DNA of 28,504 nt from Eledone cirrhosa (GCA_964016885.1 CAXHJY010001755.1:1-28504), one strand, 5' to 3'; positions 1 to 12,435 are shown, counted from the stretch's first letter. Numbers and translations are program-made. The notes: generated by a model from the letters alone, not told the origin.

Positions 1-1560
1 GGTTGTGGGTTTGTGGTAGGTAATTTGGCATTGGTGAGTAATGTTTTCAGTGATTTCGGTTGTCTTTTGCTTTTGATTATTTTGTGTGTTTCAAGGGCTT
101 TTTTCATTCTTGGGTTTTGTTTTAGTAGTGGGATGTTCTTGTGAATAGTGTTGTAAGCTTCCGCATTTCTTGGGTTGTGTGTTGAGATATATAATAGAAT
201 ATTGGACGTACCTTGAATTTGTATCTGTTTTCGTAATTCATCAATGCCTATTGCTTTAGCCGTTTCTATTCCATTATTTATTAGTAATAGTGGGTACTCT
301 CTTTCGAGTAGAATTTCCTTTAATTCTTGAAGTCTTTTATTTCGCGTTTCATAATTGGAGACAATTGTGCAAATTCTTCTTGCTAGGTTAAAAAGAATGT
401 TCGTCTCCGGGTGCTTTGATGGTTGGAGGTGAATAGCAGGTATTGTTTGGAATCTGTTGGTTTGTAGTGTATGTCAGTTTCGATATTTGTGTGTTTTTTT
501 AAGATTAAGATGTCCAGAAATGGGAGTTGATCTTGGCTGCATTCCATTGTGAATTGGATGTGGTTATTGATGCCGTTTATTAAGTTTTTGAAATCCTTCA
601 GTTGGTCGAGTGTGTGGGACCAAAGAATGAGACAATCATCCAGTAGCGTTTCCAATTCTCTGATAAATATTTGTGGAAGTTAAATCCGTATTTTGATTTG
701 AACTGTTCATATATCCGGACTTCTAAGTATGCCATGACTAAGTTGCATAAGTTGGAGCGGCTTTTGTACCCATCGCAGTCCCCGATATTTGCTTGTAAGT
801 ATTGCCATCGAAATAAAAAAAGTTGTTCTGTAAGATGAATTTTAATCCCTCGGTGATGAAGCTTTTTTCTATTCTGTCAGGTATCTCATTGGGATATTTC
901 TCTAGCCAGAATCCTATTGTTTTTAGTCCGTATTGGTGTGGGATCGTTGTGTAGAGATTCACTACATCGAAAGACACAATGATAGTGTCGTTGTTGACAT
1001 GTTTGGGGAGGTGGTTTAAGAGGTCCAGATCGTCTCTTACAAGCTTGGTATGTGTTTTCAGAATTGGTTTTAGTAGTATGTCTATAAAGTTGCTCAGTCT
1101 GTGTGTTTCACATTGTGGGCCCGCTACAATTGGTCTTAATTTAAGGTCTGTGGGGTATTGTGTGTTCGCGCAGGCTGAGGTGGATTGTTTACAGGCATCG
1201 TTAATTTTTTTACACTTGTGGATCTTCGGAAGTCCGTAAAGGTTGCTGGTTTTGTATTCAAAATGTGTTAAATAATCGCGTTCCTTTTTAGTTAGGTCTT
1301 CCTGGTATCGATAAATCAGTGTGTTTAATCTGGTCATTGTTTTTGATTGCTGGTAGTTTTTTACTCTTTCATAGTAATTAGTATTTTGTAAGACAGAGAA
1401 CATAGAATTTTTATATTTTCAGGCTCCATAATGACAACAGTATTTCCCTGTCCGCTTCCTTAATTATAATGTCCGTATTATTTTTTAGTTCATGGATAAT
1501 CTCCCATTCCTTTCGACTCGTGTTGAGTTTGTGTTTAGGTTGCGGTAGTTCATGGTATGG
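1..1560 (-). pseudogene. Penelope-like retroelement reverse transcriptase ORF, frameshifted and 5'-truncated; runs off the window start, where a C-terminal GIY-YIG endonuclease would be expected
   Basis: Hand translation across frames gives IIIKEAD(R)G/NTVVIM (DKG-type motif, ~1430-1475), LYGLPKIHK, LRPIVA, SFDVVNLYTTIP, YKQISGTAMGTKAAP, WKRY/LDDC (catalytic motif split by a 1-nt frameshift near 645), LPFLDI, TDIHYKPTDSKQYL, NLARRICTIVS and linker RQPKSLKTLLT (~35-65). Frameshifts near 1440, 740, 645 and 415. Confidence 0.93.
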
Positions 1561-1704
1561 GAAGGTAGCTATGTGGTCACAACATTTAAATTGAGTTTGA
1601 ATTATTTTCCCACATATTACGTTAATTATTTTTCCATTTTGACGCTATAGTCACTTATATATTATGTAATACTGTTGGCTTCTTGCTGCAATAATTTCTA
1701 TACT

Positions 1705-1746
<42 letters not shown>

Positions 1747-1843
1747 ACAGAGAGAGAGAGACGATTATGAGGAAGAAAAATATTTTTTTTTTCCTTTTTT
1801 TGTGTGTCTCTCTCTATTTTCTGGGATAGAAAAGGATTAAAGC

Positions 1844-2098
1844 GAAATGTTTTACTTTGTGTGAAGTTTTAAGGTATTAGTTGATTTATTTATGGCATTT
1901 ATTTATCTATTTATATATTTAACATGTTTAACATGCGCGACACCACACTAATACATATCACTATCATTTGATAATGCATATAAATGCAGAAACCGGCAAT
2001 AGACAATAATTAAATATATAAATAGATAACTAAATGCCATTATTAAATAATAAATAAATCAACTAATACCTTAACACTTCACCAAAGTAAAACATTTC
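1844..2098. repeat. Imperfect inverted repeat (arms 1844-1922 and 2010-2098) enclosing a degenerate hammerhead
   Basis: gaaatgttttactttgtgtgaag...tatatatttaa is the reverse complement of ttaaatatata...cttcaccaaagtaaaacatttc, with a few substitutions and one ~10-nt indel. Confidence 0.85.
1961..2002 (+). ncRNA. Degenerate minimal hammerhead ribozyme (PLE type)
   Basis: ttgataa (two changes from CTGATGA), tgcat-ataa-atgca stem II, GAAA, palindromic CCGG stem III, ca, then atag pairing with upstream ctat. Core mutated. Confidence 0.45.
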
Positions 2099-2230
2099 TG
2101 ATTAATTGGTGAAATATATTTCTTTAATGGGATATATAAAGGAAGGTTAATCATACTTAAAGGTATAAATTTAATTATTACCCATACTAGTTATGCGTGG
2201 TTACACGCGTGTAAAAATTATCTCCTGTGT

Positions 2231-2545
2231 CATATGACTCCAGTTCCTCAATGAATTAACAACCCAACAAGGAACTGGGCATATCATAGTATTGGCAATA
2301 TTATACACCTAAACAACATATGTACTTGTCTATACCATACTAATTCAAACTGCCTGAAGAGGTCACAGCCAAAGATGGCTGTCACTGAAATATATATAGC
2401 AGTAATAAACGAAGGTAAATTTTAATCATTTGACTTTTATTTAACTTTATTTTACACTACTCCGGAGTAACCAAACCAACCTGCGCACTTCGTCGAGTGC
2501 TCCAGCCTGCATACTGAGGTGTTGGTATACAACCAACATAAACTC

Positions 2546-2548
<3 letters not shown>
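2231..2548 (+). mobile_element. PLE pseudo-LTR-like element, family A, copy 1
   Basis: Collinear over ~315 bp with 15498-15811. Contains an HHR, AATAAA just downstream, gtcgagtgctcc motif and terminal hairpin tgttggt-ataca-accaaca; ends in a microsatellite. Confidence 0.8.
2349..2403 (+). ncRNA. Minimal type-I hammerhead ribozyme, family A
   Basis: ACTGC-CTGAAGA-GGTCACAGCC aaagat GGCTGTCACT-GAAA-TATATA-TA-GCAGT: stem I ACTGC/GCAGT, complete core, palindromic stem III, AUA cleavage triplet. Confidence 0.88.
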
Positions 2549-2550
<2 letters not shown>

Positions 2551-2636
<86 letters not shown>

Positions 2637-2825
2637 ATACTATATATATATATAATACTTGTATAATACTATATATATATAGTATTATATATATATATAT
2701 AGTATTATATATATATATATAGTATTATATATATATAGTATTATATATATATAGTATTATATATATATATATAATACTATATATATATATATATATAATA
2801 CTATATATATATAATACTTGTATAA

Positions 2826-2876
<51 letters not shown>

Positions 2877-2937
2877 TATATATATATATATAGTATTATA
2901 TATATATATATATATAGTATTATATATATATATATAG

Positions 2938-3003
<66 letters not shown>

Positions 3004-3198
3004 CTGTAGATATAATACTATATATATAATACTATATATATATATAATACGATGTATATATAATACTATATATATATAATACTATATATATATAATACTA
3101 TATATATATATATATAGTATTATACAAGTATCGTATATATATATATAGTATTATATATATACAATACTATATATATATATATTAATATACAATACTAT
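2551..3198. repeat. (CT)n/(TA)n microsatellite with AATAC and GTATT interruptions in both orientations
   Basis: Read directly from the sequence. Confidence 0.95.
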
Positions 3199-3199
3199 A

Positions 3200-3384
3200 G
3201 GATTGGCAGTATCGGTAGAGGGTCGGACGCCATGCTTTCCAGCATAGTTACGTCCCTTTACGATCTGAGTTCAAATCCCGCCGACGTTGACTTTGCCTTT
3301 CATCCTTACGGGGTCGATAAAATAAAGTACCAGTAATGTACTGGGTTATTGCTGGCCTTGTGCCTAAAGTGTAGAAACAACTAT
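3200..3384 (+). mobile_element. tRNA-derived SINE (Octopus OR-type-like), short-tail subfamily
   Basis: A-box-like TGGCAGTATCGGTAG, B-box GAGTTCAAATCC, body ggggtcgataaaataaagtaccag, tail ggccttgtgcctaaagtgtagaaacaa; many homologues in the window. Confidence 0.88.
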
Positions 3385-3541
3385 ACATATATATATAATA
3401 CTATAACCAAAAGTTAAACAAGGTTCATTGATTAATCAATGAATATAGTTTTACAATAGATTAGAAGCACTCAACAAATGTTTTCTGGAGTTATTAATAT
3501 TAATTCAAAATATTAATAAACTATATTTATAAAACCATATT

Positions 3542-3606
3542 TATTTCATTATACATATTTCATGGACACCAAAGCAAATTATGGTGCGCTTTCATCAGAT
3601 AAAATA
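3542..3606 (-). ncRNA. Minimal hammerhead ribozyme, family C (left palindrome arm)
   Basis: Reverse complement of 3751-3815. Confidence 0.7.
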
Positions 3607-3750
3607 TAATATAGATAAGTTTTATAAACAAATATTGACATACCCTTAAAGAATGCGACCATGTCGGTTGGAGCTTCTGGAAGCTCCAACCGACATTTTC
3701 ACATTCTTTAAGGGTATGTCAATATTTGTTTATAAAACTTATCTATATTA

Positions 3751-3815
3751 TATTTTATCTGATGAAAGCGCACCATAATTTGCTTTGGTGTCCATGAAAT
3801 ATGTATAATGAAATA
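3751..3815 (+). ncRNA. Minimal hammerhead ribozyme, family C (right palindrome arm)
   Basis: TATTTTAT-CTGATGA-aagcGCACCA taatttgctt TGGTGTccat-GAAA-TATGTA-TA-ATGAAATA: 8-bp stem I (one GU), intact core, imperfect base of stem II. Confidence 0.7.
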
Positions 3816-3944
3816 AATATGGTTTTATAAATATAGTTTCCATTTGTTAATATATTGTATTTTTACTCCAAAAATTTGTTGAGTACTTTATATCAGTTAT
3901 AAAAATATTTGCTTGTTGTATCCCAACAAATTAAATAGAACTTC

Positions 3945-4015
<71 letters not shown>

Positions 4016-4190
4016 TTATATAACGTGCTTTTCCCCGAGGAGTTCCTTGAAAAGCTGGTGTGCCTCACAACAATATTGCACATCGATAATGTGCAATTGT
4101 TGCAACAGACCAACGAAACTGTACAGTCAGGACTTTGAAGAAAAAATAAGTATATATCTGTCTATTACTTCTTATTTTATAATTTATTAT

Positions 4191-4249
<59 letters not shown>

Positions 4250-4366
4250 TATATATAATATATATACATATATGTATATATAGATAATATATGTATATAT
4301 AGATAATATATGTATATATATATATTTATAGGATATATATATATACATATATGTATTTATATATAT

Positions 4367-4543
4367 AATTATTTCTACTTTAGGCACAAGGCTCTGTACA
4401 TTACTGGTACTTTATTTTATCGACCCCGTAAGGATGAAAGTCAAAGTCAACCTCGGCGGGATTTGAACTCAGATCGTAAAGGGACGTAACTATGCTGGAA
4501 AGCATGGCGTCCGATCCTCTACCATACTGCCAATCCACCGCCC
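4367..4543 (-). mobile_element. tRNA-derived SINE, short-tail subfamily, full length
   Basis: Close reverse-complement homologue of 3200-3384 with intact head gggcggtggattggcagtatggtag and B-box. Confidence 0.88.
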
Positions 4544-5372
<829 letters not shown>

Positions 5373-5489
5373 ATTAGTAGTTGAGTAGTTTAAGTGAATA
5401 TAACCTCACGTAGAAGAGTTATGATGTGGCTTGTGGGCCTCAGGGGTGTATTGATACTACAAACACATAGAAGCACGTACACAAAGAGT

Positions 5490-5911
5490 CATACATACAC
5501 ATATACTTTATATATATATACACATATATGGTTATATATCCATACTTATATTCATACATACACACATTCTTACATACATAATATATATATGTATACACAT
5601 ATATGTGTATCTATCTTTCTATAATATTCTATATGCACACTATATATATAAGTATAAATATATATATATATAAGCATACACACACTCACATACACACACA
5701 CACGCATATATATATATATATATACATACATATAAGCATATATATATGTATATTTGTATTTATATAGTTTTATGTATGTAGATATGTAAGTATAAATATA
5801 CATATATCTATCCATCTATCTCTTTATTTAACTATCTATCTATCTATGTATCTATGTATCTCTCTCTCTATATATATAAAGATTTATACACACACACATA
5901 TATGTGTGTAC

Positions 5912-5958
<47 letters not shown>

Positions 5959-6183
5959 TATATATATATATGTGTGCTTATATATATATATATATATAGT
6001 AAATATACATATATATAAGCATATAGACATCTTACCTTCTTCCATTACATTCATATGAAGAAACCCAACTGAGCCACACATACACTGTACAACCACCTGC
6101 ATAGGTGTTAAATTGGTCGCATATCTTTCCGTATCTGTGTGTTTACAGTGTATATCCATATTGTACACACACAGACACACACA

Positions 6184-6250
<67 letters not shown>

Positions 6251-6922
6251 CCATAAATATCTATACAAACATACATACATAAATACATACATACATACAT
6301 ACATACATACATACATACATACATACATACATACAAACATAATTATATATACATATATATATATGTAACCATACATACATACAGACATATATATATATTC
6401 ATATATATACATAGATGTATACTTGTAGGCATATAAGCTCACTGAGATAGTCATATATACACATACATTGACATTCATACACATGTATACACACGTATAT
6501 ATATAGAGAGACAAACATACATACGCATACATATATAATGACATGTACAGATGAATGCATTCACTAATACGTAAATACGTACATAGATTCATTTATAAAA
6601 CATACATACAAACGAACGCTCATACACATTTACACACAAACACATGCAGGCATACACGTAGGCACTTACAAACGTTTATACATACTCACATCTATATATA
6701 AACACACAGATTCATATATACATATGAATATTTCATACATATATACACATACAGACATACATACTTCCTTATAGAGATATACATAGTTACATAAATACAT
6801 ATATTCATATACACACATACGCATATACACACATATATATATACACACATATATATATATACATACATATATATATACATACATATATATACATATATAT
6901 ATATATACATACATACACACAC

Positions 6923-6981
<59 letters not shown>

Positions 6982-6984
6982 GAT

Positions 6985-7057
<73 letters not shown>

Positions 7058-7078
7058 TGTGTGTGTGTGTATATATAT
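5490..7078. repeat. Degenerate (TA)n/(CA)n/(TACA)n low-complexity block with short unique interruptions
   Basis: Read directly from the sequence. Confidence 0.9.
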
Positions 7079-7293
7079 GTCTACTTACAGACCAACACAC
7101 AGATACACTCACATAGACACAGGAGTAAGTACTGTTATATATTTGAAAGAATACAGTAAAGTGACCACGACACTTCAATACTGACTGTTGGATAAGCCGG
7201 GAGGTGAGAGAGTATCTGTCGGTCTGTCTCTGTCTGTCTCTCTATTTCTTGTCTGTCAGTCTGTCTCTGTCTTTCTCTCTGTCTGCCTCTCAC

Positions 7294-7349
<56 letters not shown>

Positions 7350-7363
7350 CCTATCTCCGTTTC

Positions 7364-7394
<31 letters not shown>

Positions 7395-7443
7395 TCTGGT
7401 CGATCATTCGTGACCTTTTTTACCAGCAGGGGAGAAGCGACAC

Positions 7444-7483
7444 ATGATGCTCCTTGCCATAAGGATAACCGTTTTCCTCTCAT
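7444..7483 (+). CDS. Weak candidate start-codon exon ([13 protein letters not shown], phase-1 donor), possibly a signal-peptide exon
   Basis: ATG at 7444, hydrophobic 13-mer, donor GTAAGT at 7484; upstream CT-rich tract and ttttttaccag/cag acceptor-like site. No homology support. Confidence 0.22.
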
Positions 7484-7717
7484 GTAAGTAGTAAGACTTT
7501 TCCTTTCCGCATGTATCCCCTTCCACCTCCCCTCATCCTCCTCCTCCTCCACCTCATCATCGCCATCATCATCATTATGTTCATCATTACACTGTTAACA
7601 ATCTATCCCTTTTTGTCTTCATCCATGCTACACAGGTTCCATATTCAAAGTTCTTTCTCTACTTCCTTGATTTTAAAAATATGTTTTTACATAATCATTT
7701 ACTACTTTAGTAATTTC

Positions 7718-7798
<81 letters not shown>

Positions 7799-7949
7799 CA
7801 TACATACATAGACATACATATATATATACATAAGCATACATACATATATATATATATATAGACATACATACATAGACATACATATATATATACATAAGCA
7901 TACATACATATATATATATATAGACATACATACATATATATATATATAG

Positions 7950-8000
<51 letters not shown>

Positions 8001-8088
8001 GACATACATACATACATACATATATATACATAAACATACAGACATATATATATATATATAAATACACATACATACATATATATATATA
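7718..8088. repeat. (TA)n/(TACA)n compound repeat with recurring GACATACA and AAGCATACA units
   Basis: Read directly from the sequence. Confidence 0.9.
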
Positions 8089-8288
<200 letters not shown>

Positions 8289-8302
8289 AGTGTGTGTGTA
8301 TA

Positions 8303-8350
8303 TACTTTTGCTAGATTCAGTCATTAGACAATGTCCATGCTGGGGCACCG
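8303..8350 (-). mobile_element. SINE 3'-tail fragment (ggtgccccagcatgg type)
   Basis: ccatgctggggcaccg shared with 9990-10041 and ~24862-24911, and similar to ~12390-12435 on the plus strand. Confidence 0.65.
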
Positions 8351-8464
8351 ACTTAATTTAGTTGAAAATATCGACCCGCTATGTTACGGGATGTAAACAC
8401 AAATACACACACAGACGCAAACATAAACATAGATACCTCCCTACAGGCATTATATTCTTTGCAT

Positions 8465-8545
<81 letters not shown>

Positions 8546-8569
8546 ATATATATATAATATATATATATA

Positions 8570-8608
<39 letters not shown>

Positions 8609-8769
8609 TATATACATATATATATATAATATATATTTATAGATTAATAGATAACAATGACGTTATGAAGAAATTCGAACTTTTAAAGCTTTAAACATAA
8701 AACAGAAAGAATAAAGGGAAAACACTCTCACGCCAACACACGCACACAAAGACATAAATACGTATGTAT

Positions 8770-9048
8770 ATATACATAAATAATATATATAAATATATAC
8801 ATATATATATACATATATATATAAATATAAATATATACATATATATATATAAATATATAGATATATATATATAAATATATACATATAAATATATACATAT
8901 ATATATATAAATATATATAAATATATACATATAAATATATAGATATATATATATAAATATATACATATAAATATATACATATATATATATAAATATATAT
9001 AAATATATACATATAAATATATACATATATATATATAAATATATACAC

Positions 9049-9079
<31 letters not shown>

Positions 9080-9332
9080 AATATATACATATATATATAT
9101 ATATAAATATATATATATAAATATATACATATATATATATATAAATATATATAAATATATATATATATAAATATATATAAATATATATATATATAAATAT
9201 ATACATATATATATATATATAAATATATACATATATATATATATATAAATATATACATATATATATATATATAAATATATACATATATATATATATATAT
9301 AAATATATACATATATATATATATACATATAC

Positions 9333-9385
<53 letters not shown>

Positions 9386-9397
9386 CATATATATACA

Positions 9398-9453
<56 letters not shown>

Positions 9454-9476
9454 CATATATATACATATATATATAC

Positions 9477-9547
<71 letters not shown>

Positions 9548-9858
9548 TATATACATATATATACATATATATACATATATACATATATACATATATATAC
9601 ATATATATACATATATACATATATATACATATATATACATATATATATATATACATATATATACATATATATATACATATATATATATATACATATATAT
9701 ACATATATATATACATATATATATATATACATATATATACATATATATATATATACATATATATACATATATATATACATATATACATATATACATATAT
9801 ATACATATATATACATATATACATATATATACATATATATACATATATATATATATAC

Positions 9859-9889
<31 letters not shown>

Positions 9890-9925
9890 CATATATATAC
9901 ATATATATACATATATATATATACC

Positions 9926-9957
<32 letters not shown>

Positions 9958-9985
9958 CAGATATATATATATATACATACATATA
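8770..9985. repeat. ~1.2-kb (TA)n microsatellite punctuated by TAAA then TACA units
   Basis: Read directly from the sequence; source of the 394-567 aa YI-repeat pseudo-ORFs. Confidence 0.97.
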
Positions 9986-9989
9986 TTCT

Positions 9990-10041
9990 TGTACTCTTTT
10001 ACCTGTTCCAGCAATTCGGCTGAGGCCATGCTGGGGCACCG
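9990..10041 (-). mobile_element. SINE 3'-tail fragment
   Basis: tactcttttacctgttccagcaattcggctgaggccatgctggggca is very similar to ~24864-24911. Confidence 0.7.
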
Positions 10042-10043
10042 AT

Positions 10044-10088
<45 letters not shown>

Positions 10089-10162
10089 CACACACACATA
10101 TATATATAAATGAAAGGATTATAAAGGAGAATGCAGACTGATAGAACATATTTATACAAAAG

Positions 10163-10204
<42 letters not shown>

Positions 10205-10286
10205 CACATATATATATATATACACATATATATACATATATATATATACATATATGTATACATTATATACATATATATATATACAG

Positions 10287-10335
<49 letters not shown>

Positions 10336-10356
10336 ATCTATATAATATATATATAT

Positions 10357-10404
<48 letters not shown>

Positions 10405-10408
<4 letters not shown>

Positions 10409-10586
10409 ATGTTGACGGTTTAGAGAAAGGAGTACTCAATACCGAAGTAGAGTTTTAATATTCATTTTATTAAGGCTAAATAGCGAGTCTTGTTACTCAG
10501 GAGTTTCGCCTGTTCATCACAGGGTCATCAGGGAACTCTTGTCTGATGACCCTGTGATAAAGAGGCGAAACTCCAGTGTAATAAAA

Positions 10587-10590
<4 letters not shown>
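10405..10590. mobile_element. Head-to-head pair of family-B hammerhead/pLTR copies in (TA)n
   Basis: Minus: CTGATGA(10531-10525)-cCCTG tgatgaa CAGGc-GAAA-CTC ct GAG-TA-ACAAGA, then aataaa and a tail with attgagtactcc. Plus: TCTTGT-CTGATGA(10543)-ccctgtgataaagaggc-GAAA-ctcc, then a deletion to aataaaatgaa. Confidence 0.8.
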
Positions 10591-10645
<55 letters not shown>

Positions 10646-10670
10646 GTATTAGGGACCCGGACTCTTTCCA

Positions 10671-10718
<48 letters not shown>

Positions 10719-11068
10719 TTGCGCGTGTGTATATATGTACAGTTATATATATAGATAATTTGATCATATAATTTGCAATATTTTTAATTATATATAAAAA
10801 GCAATTTACAAAAGCAAATTGAACTAATTATTTGAGGAAAAAGTTCTAACTAAACATAAACATATAGTATATATATATGTATGTATGTATTTATGTATGT
10901 AAACATATATACATATACAGTATAATTTATTGTACTATATATGCACACGGAACAAAGTTGCTACCCATGATTTGAAGGCCCAAATTTGACGACACCTCTG
11001 GAAAACAAGAGGCATCAAAATAGTGACCTTTCTTCATATGTATATGTATATATATATATATATATATA

Positions 11069-11160
11069 TAGTAATAATAATAAAATTGAAGACTAAAATC
11101 CAAAGAGGGCTCGATAAGGAAAATATATATCAAATATATAAGAACCGTAGAGCAAATATT

Positions 11161-11166
<6 letters not shown>
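11069..11166 (-). repeat. Short dispersed repeat ending in (TA)n (pLTR-tail-like), copy 1 of 3
   Basis: ccttatcgagccctctttggattttagtctt core also at 15900-15950 (+) and 21579-21628 (+). Confidence 0.8.
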
Positions 11167-11228
<62 letters not shown>

Positions 11229-11861
11229 TATGTGTATGCATGAAGGGATGAGTGTGTTTGTGTTTTGGTCGGCATTTATCTTTGTGTTTACTCTCTAAAA
11301 ACCGGTGCAGTTTATATATCTAGTATAGTTACTTTAGCTGTCATTTTATCGATCTCTAATTGCCGAAGCGCTATTCAATATGTAGTAGACTGGAATTTGT
11401 ACTGGGGTCTCTGCAATCGATTAAAACACCTTAAAGGGGTTTCTTTTATCAGTGTCGTAAGATTTTTTATAAACATCAGTAAAAGAATAAATGAATATTT
11501 ATTTTTCATCCGAAACGTGTGCGTCCCAACGCCAATGACCCATAATAATAGTCAATCACTATAAATAATAGTTGAGAAAATGGGGTTAATTACCCCTGGA
11601 GACGGGAAAACGTTGCGCCTCTGTTCACAATTTTCCGTTTCTATATTATTTATAGAAATCGATACTTATTTTGGTCATTTGCGTAGGACGCACACAATTC
11701 AAATTTCAAATATTCCCATCAGTCAACAAATTTGTTTATACAGATGTATATTTTATTTACCGGTCTCTATATTGAGACCCTCTTCACTATTACACTTCAT
11801 CCTAATCTGAGGTTTTCCGATAACCGTTATCTGTCATCGATGTATAGATGTATGCACCGTT

Positions 11862-11931
11862 GCAGGCCGGGCTGTGTGGTTAAGAAGTTTGCTTCGCAAC
11901 CATATGATGTCGGCTTTAACCCCACTGCGTG
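11862..11931 (+). mobile_element. tRNA-like SINE head (OK-type-like)
   Basis: ggctgtgtggttaagaagtttgcttcgcaacca... A-box/D-arm-like sequence and degenerate B-box ggctttaacccc; probable 3' half at 12290-12435. Confidence 0.6.
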
Positions 11932-12002
11932 TATATAATGTATATATATACTACATAGACACAAATATATAAATGAATGAATATATATATATATATATAT
12001 AT

Positions 12003-12196
12003 ATAGGAACAAGTAAGACCCCGACGGCTGAGCTCAAGCCGTTTCGACGGCTAATTCTGGACTGAATTAGCCGTCGAAACGGCTTGAGCTCAGCCGTCGG
12101 GGTCTTACTTGTTCCTATTACCCACTCTACTACCCTAAGTATTGAGTACTTTGGTGCGTAATGGTCCACCTGGTGCCTTACCACATTTCCTTCGTT
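12003..12196 (+). mobile_element. Fold-back element: perfect 55-bp inverted repeat made of the 3' half of a hammerhead, plus a pLTR-like tail
   Basis: Arms 12003-12057 and 12064-12118, loop tggact. Right arm reads stem II 3' strand, GAAA, CGGCT tgagctc AGCCG, TC (GUC site). Tail has attgagtact and ends in (TA)n. Confidence 0.8.
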
Positions 12197-12289
12197 ATAT
12201 ATATATATATATATATACATGTGTGTGTGTATAAGTGTCTGCGAATGTATTGTGTGCTTACGGTTACTGTTTGTGTATATCACGTATCC

Positions 12290-12435
12290 TAGCGCTTCAC
12301 CAATTATAGATCGATGAAATAATAATAAGTACCAGATTTGAAAAATAAGTACTGTGATCGATATACTGAACTAAAATCCTTGACAGTTGTTGACCTAGCA
12401 TGACCACAGTGTAATGAGCAAAACCAGTAAACAAA
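12290..12435 (+). mobile_element. Degenerate SINE body and 3' tail
   Basis: gatcgatgaaata...aagtaccag...aagtactgtgatcgat...cctagcatgaccacag...aaaccagtaaa resembles the SINE bodies and tails elsewhere in the window. Confidence 0.6.

Larger units (their letters stand above)
3518..3839. repeat. 322-bp near-perfect palindrome (160-bp arms, 2-nt loop at 3678-3679)
   Basis: Arms are reverse complements except 3 mismatches at 3656-3660/3697-3701. Weaker inverted homology continues outward to ~3460 and ~3890. Confidence 0.95.

Noticed and set aside
979-1239. 86-aa plus-strand ORF
   Set aside because: Antisense shadow of the PLE RT.
8663-10366. 567-aa ORF and all other YI/CV/HT/ER/SL-repeat ORFs
   Set aside because: Translations of dinucleotide microsatellites, open in several frames and on both strands.
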